From: Sandaracinaceae bacterium
GTDB lineage: Bacteria; Myxococcota_A; Polyangia; Polyangiales; Sandaracinaceae
Assembly: GCA_044220955.1 (NCBI GenBank)
Contig: JBGAQA010000067.1
Location: forward strand, 1-36,963
DNA: 36,963 bases
Direction: 5' to 3'
Part shown: in pieces, positions 1 to 6,541 of the stretch
Layout of the letters: every line of letters begins with the position of its first letter
How positions within the stretch are numbered: position 1 is the stretch's first letter
Notes under the pieces: model-generated
The model's database searches: none
What the model was told of the DNA's origin: nothing
The model's input: only the letters and a program-made list of their open reading frames with translations
Translations under genes and position numbers: made by a program

Positions 1-97
1 GGAGCGGGCTCGTGAGCTCGGCGGCCCGCTCCTGGGCGCCACACGGCGCGCTGGAGAGCAGGACCACGAGGAGCGCGGCGATTCGCCCCGCGCTCAA
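1..97 (-). CDS. N-terminus of a probable secreted protein, running off the left edge of the window
   Basis: A TTG at 97-95 overlaps the TGA stop of the upstream kinase (TTGA coupling). It translates to MSAGRIAALLVVLLSSAPCGAQERAAELTSPL, a signal-peptide pattern (basic N-region, hydrophobic core, small-residue cleavage region). Not in the ORF track. Confidence 0.6.
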   Translation of the reverse strand, partial: MSAGRIAALLVVLLSSAPCGAQERAAELTSPL

Positions 98-1380
98 GCC
101 GCCTCGGCGCCGGGTCCCTGATCGCTGGGGCTCGCGAGCCCGCCCATCAGCGCGACGTAGGTGCGGATGTCGGCGAGCACCTCGGGCGCGAGCCCGACGA
201 ACGCGAGGCCGATCGCCTTCTGACCGCGACGTGTGCGCGCCCAGCGCGTGATCGCCTCGCACACGACGACGCGGCCGGAGCCGGGGAGCGGCATCCGGAG
301 GCTGACCTGCTCGCCCTCGCGGATGTTCGCGTCGGTCACGACGAGCAGGCCGCCCTCGGACACGTCCTCCGTGCGGCCGTCGGCCGTGCCGGTCGACGAG
401 AGGATGCGCACCGGGGTCACGAAGGGCGCGCGCGCGAACTGTCGCCGGGCCGGCGCGCCGGCGCTGTCCGTACGATCGAGGAGCCGCAGCCCACGGGTCG
501 AGCGAGGCATCGAGGCGAGCAGCGCGGCTGCGAGCGCGTCCGCGCGCGGAAAGCGCGCCGCAGGATCGCGCGCCAGGGCTCGGAGGATCACGGCCTCGAG
601 GGCCGGGGGCACCTCCGGGCGCTTCTCCCGGATCGAGGGAGGGTTCTTGCCCGCGAGCAGCGCGGTGACGACGAAGGTGGGCGTGCCGGCGAAGGGCACG
701 TCGCCCATGAGGCACTCGTACAGGGTGACGCCGAGGCCGTAGATGTCCGTCGCCGGGCTGGGCGGAGCGCCGTCGATCAGCTGCTCGGGGGCCATGTACT
801 CGACGGTGCCGAGGACCTCGCCGTCGTGCGTGAGCTTTCGATCGATCACGTCCTCGTCGCCCGGCACGGACGCGATGCCGAAGTCGAGCAGCTTGAGCGA
901 GTCGCCTGCCGCGCCGCGCTGTTCGACCAGGACGTTCCCCGGCTTGACGTCCCGGTGCACGACGCCGCGATCGTGGACGAACGCGAGCGCGGCGCCGAGC
1001 TGCGCCCCGATCTGCACGACCGCCTCGACGTCGAGGCCCCGCCGGGCGACGACGAAGCTCGAGAGCGAGCGCCCCTCGATCATCTCGAGGGCGAGGAACG
1101 TCCCGTGGACGGGGCACGTTCCAGCGTCGAGGATCGACACGACCCCCGGGTGTCGCACCATCGAGAGAGCGCGCGCCTCGCGCAGCAGGCGCGCGTGGAC
1201 CGCGGGCCAGTCGAGCGCCGCGCGCGTGAGCGTCTTGAGCGCGATGGGGCCGCGCAAGGTCACGTGCTCGGCCTCGTGGACGATGCCCATGCCGCCGCGA
1301 GCGATCTCGCGCTTGACGCGGTAGCGGCGATCCACCATCGCGGACGGCCCTGCCTCGACGTAGCGCTCTTCGACGCTCAT
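94..1380 (-). CDS. Hanks-type Ser/Thr protein kinase with a C-terminal PilZ (c-di-GMP-binding) domain
   Basis: Kinase motifs ARGGMG, ALK, HRDVKPGN, DFG and APE are intact. The C-terminus has the PilZ signatures RRQFAR (RxxxR) and DVSEGG (DxSxxG). Start taken at MSVEERY (1380), which overlaps the upstream EAL gene stop (ATGA). Confidence 0.92.
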   Translation of the reverse strand: MSVEERYVEAGPSAMVDRRYRVKREIARGGMGIVHEAEHVTLRGPIALKTLTRAALDWPAVHARLLREARALSMVRHPGVVSILDAGTCPVHGTFLALEMIEGRSLSSFVVARRGLDVEAVVQIGAQLGAALAFVHDRGVVHRDVKPGNVLVEQRGAAGDSLKLLDFGIASVPGDEDVIDRKLTHDGEVLGTVEYMAPEQLIDGAPPSPATDIYGLGVTLYECLMGDVPFAGTPTFVVTALLAGKNPPSIREKRPEVPPALEAVILRALARDPAARFPRADALAAALLASMPRSTRGLRLLDRTDSAGAPARRQFARAPFVTPVRILSSTGTADGRTEDVSEGGLLVVTDANIREGEQVSLRMPLPGSGRVVVCEAITRWARTRRGQKAIGLAFVGLAPEVLADIRTYVALMGGLASPSDQGPGAEAA

Positions 1381-2579
1381 CGCTCGCTCCTGCTCTGAAG
1401 GTGGCTCCGCAGCGCCCCGGGCGGCGGAAGGGTCACCTCGGCGAAGCCACGCTGCGGGCGCCCGAAGTGGTAGCCCTGGAGCGCGTCGCAGCCGAGACCG
1501 ACGAGCGTGTCGCGCTCGGCGACCGTCTCGACGCCCTCCGTGACGACCTGCATCCCGAGGTCCTCGCAGACCCGGCACATGCTCAGGACGAGCTGCTGCT
1601 TGGTGCGGCTCGCGTCGACGCCGCGCACGAGCGACATGTCCAGCTTCACGACCTCCGGCTCGAGCCGGCTGAGGCTGGTCAGGCCGGCGTATCCGGCGCC
1701 GAGGTCGTCGATCGCGAGCCGGTAGCCCTGCTCGCGCAGGGTGGCGACGCGATCTCCGAGGTCGTGCACGTCCTCGAGCGACGCGCGCTCGGTGATCTCG
1801 AGGACGATCCGGCGCGCGAAGGGCGCGAGCGCGGAGTCCGCGGCGTAGAGCGCGTCGTCGCGCAGATCGTGCGGGTGCAGGTTGATGAAGAACGCGACGT
1901 CGGCGGGCGCCATCGGGATGGCCTGCGCGACCCGCTCGCGGACCCTGCGTCCGAGCTCGTTCAGGCGCCCGAGCTTCTCGGCGGTCGCGAGCAGATCCGG
2001 AGGGCTCTTCAGCGTGGGCTCGTCGGTCCGCAGCAGCGCCTCGTACCCGATGACCTGCGCCTTCTGCATCGACACGATCGGCTGGAAGGCCATCCAGAGC
2101 GTCGAGAGCGCGCTCTCGAACCGGACCTCTCGGCCGGCCTGGTCGCTCGCGTGCTCGATCGGATGGCCCAGCGCCCCGCCCGCGGCGCGCTGCAAGAGGA
2201 GCAGGCGGTGCAGGCGGGTGGCCCGGACCACGGCCTCGCGCAGGGCGGCGGCGGCCACGGGCTTGGTCAGGTACGAGTGCGCCCCGTGGTTGACCGCGTC
2301 CTGAGCGCTCTCGAGCGTCGGGCAGCCCGTGACCAGCACGACGGGCACGTCGAGGTCGGTCGCGCGGACCGCCTTCAGGAGATCGATGCCCGAGCTCTCG
2401 GGAAGGTCGATGTCGCTGATGACCACGGAGTAGCTGCCCTGGCGCAGCGCGCTGAGCGCGTCCCGGCCGCTGCCGACCGCCGTGACCCGGTAGTCCGGCG
2501 AGAGGACGCGCTCGTAGGCGCGCCGCAGCAGAGCGTCGTCCTCGACGACCAATACGGACGCGGTGCTGTTCGGCGACAT
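1377..2579 (-). CDS. Response regulator with an EAL c-di-GMP phosphodiesterase domain (REC-EAL)
   Basis: N-terminal receiver (VVEDD, SDIDLP, VTG, TKP) and EAL motifs YEALLR, NL, EITE, DDLGAGY, KLD, EGVET, QG. A GGGAGG SD lies upstream. Confidence 0.93.
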   Translation of the reverse strand: MSPNSTASVLVVEDDALLRRAYERVLSPDYRVTAVGSGRDALSALRQGSYSVVISDIDLPESSGIDLLKAVRATDLDVPVVLVTGCPTLESAQDAVNHGAHSYLTKPVAAAALREAVVRATRLHRLLLLQRAAGGALGHPIEHASDQAGREVRFESALSTLWMAFQPIVSMQKAQVIGYEALLRTDEPTLKSPPDLLATAEKLGRLNELGRRVRERVAQAIPMAPADVAFFINLHPHDLRDDALYAADSALAPFARRIVLEITERASLEDVHDLGDRVATLREQGYRLAIDDLGAGYAGLTSLSRLEPEVVKLDMSLVRGVDASRTKQQLVLSMCRVCEDLGMQVVTEGVETVAERDTLVGLGCDALQGYHFGRPQRGFAEVTLPPPGALRSHLQSRSER

Positions 2580-2615
2580 GGTTCCCTCCCCGGCGACGTC
2601 ACTCGGACGTCCTGG

Positions 2616-2643
2616 CTAGCGGCCGTCGCGGCCCCGACCTTGA
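2616..2643 (-). promoter_or_regulatory. Putative sigma28 (FliA-type) promoter of the REC-EAL / kinase-PilZ operon
   Basis: Minus strand reads TCAAG-N15-GCCGCTAG. It resembles the sigma28 consensus (TAAA/TCAA-N15/16-GCCGATAA) and has the same spacing as three other copies in this island. Confidence 0.65.
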
Positions 2644-2711
2644 GGCGAAGTGGCGAGCGGCGGCTCGGGCGCGGTATCTTCGTGAGGGGGTGGTGCGAAT
2701 TGGTGGGAGGG

Positions 2712-4142
2712 ATGGCGCGGACGTTCGGCGGCATGCGCATACTCGTCGTCGAGGACTCGCCCGAGCTCCGGCGGAGCCTGGAGCGGCACCTCAGGCGCGC
2801 GGGCGCCGAGGTCCTGGCGACGGAGTCGATCGACGTGGCCGTCGCCGCGCTCTCCGAGGCGCCGGGCTATCGGGCCCTCGTCCTCGACATGGGTCTGCCG
2901 GGAGGACGCGGATTCGACGTGCTCGACCGCCTGCCCAAGCGCGCCCAGCGGCCCGCGGTGATCGTCATCACCGGCGAGGCGACGCTCGAGACCGCGATCG
3001 GCGCCCTGCGCGTGGGAGCCGTCGACTACCTGATGAAGCCCTTCTCGCTGGACGCGCTGGACGCGGCCCTGGCGCGCGTCACGAAGAAGCAGTCCGGCAG
3101 CTTCGCGGTGGACATCCCGCCGCCGACGCCGCTCGACGACTGGCGCGCGCAGTACGCGCCGTCTCTGCTCGGGCACGATCGCGAGTTCCTGCGCGCGCTC
3201 GAGGTCCTGGCCCGCGTCGCTCCGACCGACTGCTCCGTGCTGGTGCAGGGCGAGACCGGTACGGGCAAGGAGCTCGTCGCGCGGGCCCTGCACGTCTCGA
3301 GCGGCCGCGGCTCCAAGCCCTTCGTCGCGGTGAACTGCGCAGCCATCCCCGAGCCGCTCATGGAGAGCGAGCTCTTCGGCCACGCGCGCGGCGCCTTCAC
3401 GGGCGCCGACAAGGCCCGCACGGGGCGCTTCGGGCTCGCGGACCAGGGGACCCTGTTCCTGGACGAGATCGGCGAGCTCGCCCTGCCGACGCAGGCGAAG
3501 CTGCTGCGCGCGCTCCAGGAGAAGGAGATCACCCCGCTCGGAGACAGCCAGGCGCAGCCGCTCGACGTGCGGGTCGTCGCGGCGACGCACTGCGACCTCG
3601 AGCGGATGGTCGACGAGCGGCGCTTCCGCGCCGACCTGCTCTACCGGCTGGACGTGATCCGGGTGGCGCTGCCGCCGCTGCGCAAGCGCCCGACCGACAT
3701 CCCGCTGCTCGTCGCCGCGATCGTCGAGCAGATCTGCCGCCGGCGCAGCATCCACGTGACCGGCGTCGAGCCCCCCGCGATGCAGGTGCTGGCCGCGCAG
3801 CCGTGGCCCGGCAACGTCCGGCAGCTCCAGAACACCCTGGAGCGCATCCTGCTCCTGAGGACCGCGGGCCCGATCACGCTCGAGGACGTCGCGGTCGCGA
3901 TCCCGGGAGGCCCGGCCCACGCGCCGACGGGTGACGCGCTGGAGCCGGTCCTGCCGGACGACGGCCTCGACCTGCGCGAGGCGGTCGAGCGCTACGAGGG
4001 GATGCTCATCCGACGCGCGCTCGAGCGGACCGGCTGGAACAAGAACCGAGCGGCGGCGCTGCTGAGGATGAACCGCACCACGCTGGTGGAGAAGCTCAAG
4101 AAGCGCGGCTGGTCGCCCGTCGAGGACCCGGACGAGCCCTGA
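2712..4142 (+). CDS. Sigma54-dependent response regulator (REC-AAA+-HTH), FleQ/FlrA-like
   Basis: Receiver domain (VVEDS, LDMGLP, KP), Walker A GETGTGKE, ESELFGH, GAFTGA, LFLDEIGE and WPGNVRQL. The C-terminus LPDDGLDLREAVERYEGMLIRRAL..AAALLRMNRTTLVEKLKK resembles the FleQ/FlrA HTH. Start is the ATG at 2712 (GGGAGG upstream) or at 2733. Confidence 0.9.
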   Translation: MARTFGGMRILVVEDSPELRRSLERHLRRAGAEVLATESIDVAVAALSEAPGYRALVLDMGLPGGRGFDVLDRLPKRAQRPAVIVITGEATLETAIGALRVGAVDYLMKPFSLDALDAALARVTKKQSGSFAVDIPPPTPLDDWRAQYAPSLLGHDREFLRALEVLARVAPTDCSVLVQGETGTGKELVARALHVSSGRGSKPFVAVNCAAIPEPLMESELFGHARGAFTGADKARTGRFGLADQGTLFLDEIGELALPTQAKLLRALQEKEITPLGDSQAQPLDVRVVAATHCDLERMVDERRFRADLLYRLDVIRVALPPLRKRPTDIPLLVAAIVEQICRRRSIHVTGVEPPAMQVLAAQPWPGNVRQLQNTLERILLLRTAGPITLEDVAVAIPGGPAHAPTGDALEPVLPDDGLDLREAVERYEGMLIRRALERTGWNKNRAAALLRMNRTTLVEKLKKRGWSPVEDPDEP

Positions 4143-4177
4143 GGGCCCGTCCGCTCGCTCGGTCCCGAGGTCGCGCG

Positions 4178-4357
4178 TCAGCCGAGCGAGCGGGTTGCCG
4201 CTTCGCGGATCATCGCGTCGGCGACGAGGTGCGCGTCGACCGGGAGCCGGCCCGCGGCCAGGAGCGCGCGCAGGCGCTCGACCCGGACCTCCGGCGGCTC
4301 GTCGCGCGGCCTCACGGTCGCGCTCGCACCCTCGCTGTCGCGCAGCTCGCTCTTCAT
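4178..4357 (-). CDS. flgM: Small FlgM-like anti-sigma28 factor (59 aa)
   Basis: Manual translation: MKSELRDSEGASATVRPRDEPPEVRVERLRALLAAGRLPVDAHLVADAMIREAATRSLG. The C-terminal RVERLR..LAAG...VDA..VADAMI matches the FlgM sigma28-binding helices. It has an AGGAG SD and lies directly downstream of fliA. It is shorter than any ORF in the track. Confidence 0.8.
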   Translation of the reverse strand: MKSELRDSEGASATVRPRDEPPEVRVERLRALLAAGRLPVDAHLVADAMIREAATRSLG

Positions 4358-4392
4358 GGGGGGCTCCTACGGCGCTCCGGGCGCCTACACCC

Positions 4393-4420
4393 CCATCGGA
4401 CGGTCCCGACCGGCACTTGA
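4393..4420 (-). promoter_or_regulatory. Putative sigma28 promoter of flgM
   Basis: Minus strand TCAAG-N15-TCCGATGG in the fliA-flgM intergenic gap. A sigma28-driven flgM promoter is the classical negative-feedback arrangement. Confidence 0.7.
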
Positions 4421-4446
4421 GCGCCCGCGCGCAGCGCCTCGGTCCT

Positions 4447-5175
4447 TCAGACCGCGCCGTACTCCTCGCCGACGCCGTCGCTCGCCAGCCTGGCCCGCAG
4501 CCGCGCGACCGCGTCCCCCAGGATCTGGCAGACCCGGCTCTCGGTGACGCCGAGGATCCGGCCGATCTCCGACTGCGTGCACTCGTGCTGGTAGTAGAGG
4601 GCGAGCACCTGCTGGGTGCGCTCCGGCAGGGCCTGGATGGCGCTCGCGAGGCGGCTCCGCAGCTCGGCGTCCGCGAAGAGCGCACCCGGATCGAGCGCGG
4701 CGCTCGCGACGTCGTCGGGGTCGTGCTCGCCGAGCCGTCCGATCGCCGTCGCGCTCGAGAGCTCGACCGCGAGCTGCTGGTACTCGGCCAGCGTCAGCCC
4801 GAGCGCCGCGGCGATCTCGTCCTCCGACGGCGCACGCGAGAGGCCGTGCTCCAGGCGCGCGATCGCGCGGGAGACCTGGGCCATGCGCGCCCTTCCGTGG
4901 CGCGTCATCACGTCCGCGCCGCGCAGCTCGTCGAGGATCGCGCCGCGGATCCTGCACTCGGCGTAGGGCTCGAAGCGGTCGTTGCGCTGGGGGTCGTACC
5001 CGTCGACCGCGCGCATGAGGCCCTCCGTGCCTGCCGAGACGAGGTCGTCGACCTCGATGCTCGGCGGCAAGCGCCGCGCGACGCGGAACGCGATGCGGCG
5101 GACGAGCGGGTAGGCGAGCTCGAAGAGCCGCTTGCGGTCGGACGAGCTGCGGGGCGAGGAGAGGGTCGCGTGCAT
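4447..5175 (-). CDS. fliA: RNA polymerase sigma factor, FliA/WhiG (sigma28) family
   Basis: YPLVRRIAFRVARRLPPSIEVDDLVSAG.EGLMRAVDGYDP, YAECRIRGAILDELR..D, and region 4 LPERTQQVLALYY..ECTQSEIGRILGVTESRVCQI. Start at MHATLS (5175); the longer track ORF is a GC-rich read-through. Confidence 0.93.
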   Translation of the reverse strand: MHATLSSPRSSSDRKRLFELAYPLVRRIAFRVARRLPPSIEVDDLVSAGTEGLMRAVDGYDPQRNDRFEPYAECRIRGAILDELRGADVMTRHGRARMAQVSRAIARLEHGLSRAPSEDEIAAALGLTLAEYQQLAVELSSATAIGRLGEHDPDDVASAALDPGALFADAELRSRLASAIQALPERTQQVLALYYQHECTQSEIGRILGVTESRVCQILGDAVARLRARLASDGVGEEYGAV

Positions 5176-5187
5176 GAGAGGACCCAC

Positions 5188-5203
5188 TGCACGGCCCGCG
5201 CCA
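5188..5203 (-). promoter_or_regulatory. Putative sigma54 (-24/-12) promoter of fliA
   Basis: Minus strand TGGCGCG-GGCC-GTGCA versus consensus TGGCACG-N4-TTGCW, with exact GG-N10-GC spacing. The predicted +1 (~5177) nearly coincides with the ATG. Confidence 0.7.
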
Positions 5204-5266
5204 CGGGTGGCGAGGCGCACGATCCGCACGATCTCGCGACCCCGCCGCGCGCCTCGGGGGCCGGAG

Positions 5267-5303
5267 CGTCGGAATCCCGTCGGTGAGCGCCAAGCGCTCG
5301 ACG
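5267..5303. promoter_or_regulatory. Candidate tandem enhancer (UAS) boxes for the sigma54 activator
   Basis: Two imperfect CGTC-N8-GACG palindromes (cGTCGGAATCCCGTCg, core 5268-5281; cGCCAAGCGCTCGACg, core 5289-5302), 21 bp apart, about 90-125 bp upstream of the predicted fliA start site. Confidence 0.4.
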
Positions 5304-5348
5304 GCCCGGGGCGGCCGGAGAGGCGGCGCTCTCCCAGTGGGGCGCGCC

Positions 5349-6386
5349 TCAGCGACCCTCGGCCGGCCGGGTCTGCTCGGGGTGGCCCGAGCGGGTGATC
5401 CGCCCCGACGCGGCCGGCCCTGAGCTGCGCGGGACCGCCTCTCCGGCATCGTCGGCGGCGAGCGGGTCCGTCGACCGAGGCATCGCCGCTCGAAGCACGT
5501 TCCGTCCCGCGGCCTTGGCCGCGTAGACCGCGCCGTCGGCGCTCGCGATCAGCGCCGCGACGCTCCGCTCCGACAGATCCCGGAGATCCGCGACGCCCAG
5601 GCTCGCGGTCACGGTCGCGACCGTGCCCTCGAAGCGGGCGGCGGCGATGGCGCGGCGGACGCGCTCGCCGAACGCCGTCGCGCCCTGCCGGCCGGTGTGA
5701 GGCAGGAGCACCGCCAGCTCCTCGCCGCCGTAGCGCGCCGCGACGTCGGAGGTCCGGACGATCCCGCCGATCGCCCTGCCGACGCCGGCGAGGACCCGAT
5801 CCCCGGCGAGGTGGCCGTGCTCGTCGTTGACGCGCTTGAAGTGATCGAGGTCGATCATCACCAGCGAGAGGGGCAGCTCGTAGCGCACGGCGCGCGTGAC
5901 CTCGAGCTCCAGCGCCTGGTCGAGCGCGCGCCGGTTCCTGAGCCCCGTCAGCGCGTCGGTGCGCGAGAGCTCGGCCAGGTGGCGGTTCGTCGCGAGCAGC
6001 TCCTCGTGCAGGCGCCGCAGGCGCAGCTGCGTCTGCACGCGCGCGACGAGCTCTCGCGGGTGGAAGGGCTTGGTCACGTAGTCCGCCGCGCCAGCCTCGA
6101 AGAGCACCGCCTTGCGCTCGGGGTCGGGCTCGCCCGTCAACATCACGACGGGCACCTCGGCGAGCTCGGGCCGGGACCGCACGAGCGCGAGGAATCGCGC
6201 CCCGTCGCAGAGGGGCATCTCCAGATCGCAGAGGACCAGGGCGGGGCGCTCGGCGATCATCGCGCGCAAGCCGGAGAGGCCATCGCCCGCCTCGACGACG
6301 CGGTCGGCCAGGCCCGTGGTCGTGAGCAGCTGCGCGGTGACGCGGCGCACGGACGCGCTGTCGTCGATGACCAGCAGGGTGGTCAT
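5349..6386 (-). CDS. Response-regulator diguanylate cyclase (REC-GGDEF, WspR/PleD-like)
   Basis: Receiver (VIDDS, CDLEMP, LTG, TKP), a coiled-coil linker, TDALTGLRNRR, DLDHFKRVND, I-site RTSD and active site GGEEL. Confidence 0.93.
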   Translation of the reverse strand: MTTLLVIDDSASVRRVTAQLLTTTGLADRVVEAGDGLSGLRAMIAERPALVLCDLEMPLCDGARFLALVRSRPELAEVPVVMLTGEPDPERKAVLFEAGAADYVTKPFHPRELVARVQTQLRLRRLHEELLATNRHLAELSRTDALTGLRNRRALDQALELEVTRAVRYELPLSLVMIDLDHFKRVNDEHGHLAGDRVLAGVGRAIGGIVRTSDVAARYGGEELAVLLPHTGRQGATAFGERVRRAIAAARFEGTVATVTASLGVADLRDLSERSVAALIASADGAVYAAKAAGRNVLRAAMPRSTDPLAADDAGEAVPRSSGPAASGRITRSGHPEQTRPAEGR

Positions 6387-6436
6387 GCCGGTGAGGCCCG
6401 ATCGCGCAGGTGGACGGTCGTGCCCATCGTCGGGGT

Positions 6437-6464
6437 AGAGCGGCCGCCGGCACCCGGACCTTGA
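6437..6464 (-). promoter_or_regulatory. Putative sigma28 promoter of the diguanylate cyclase
   Basis: Minus strand TCAAG-N15-GCCGCTCT. It shares TCAAGGTC and GCCGCT with the copy at 2616-2643. Confidence 0.65.
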
Positions 6465-6541
6465 GCCCGGGCCGGGGACCGATCGGCGCCGCGGCCAGCT
6501 CGGATCGGCCGGTCTCCGTGCGCTCCGGGCACGACTCCGGC

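Noticed and set aside
94..121. Plus-strand TCAAG as a fifth sigma28 promoter
   Set aside because: It is the reverse complement of the TTGA stop/start overlap, and no matching -10 box follows at 15 nt.
1401..2711. Long N-terminal extension of the sigma54 activator ORF; similar extensions occur on the fliA, GGDEF, PEGA, FG-GAP, permease and PhnD-like ORFs
   Set aside because: The extensions overlap well-supported genes and have shadow-frame composition, so they are not real fusions.
2713..2728. TGGCGCG-GACG-TTCGG as a sigma54 promoter for the activator
   Set aside because: The -12 element is CG rather than the near-invariant GC, and it overlaps the probable start codon.
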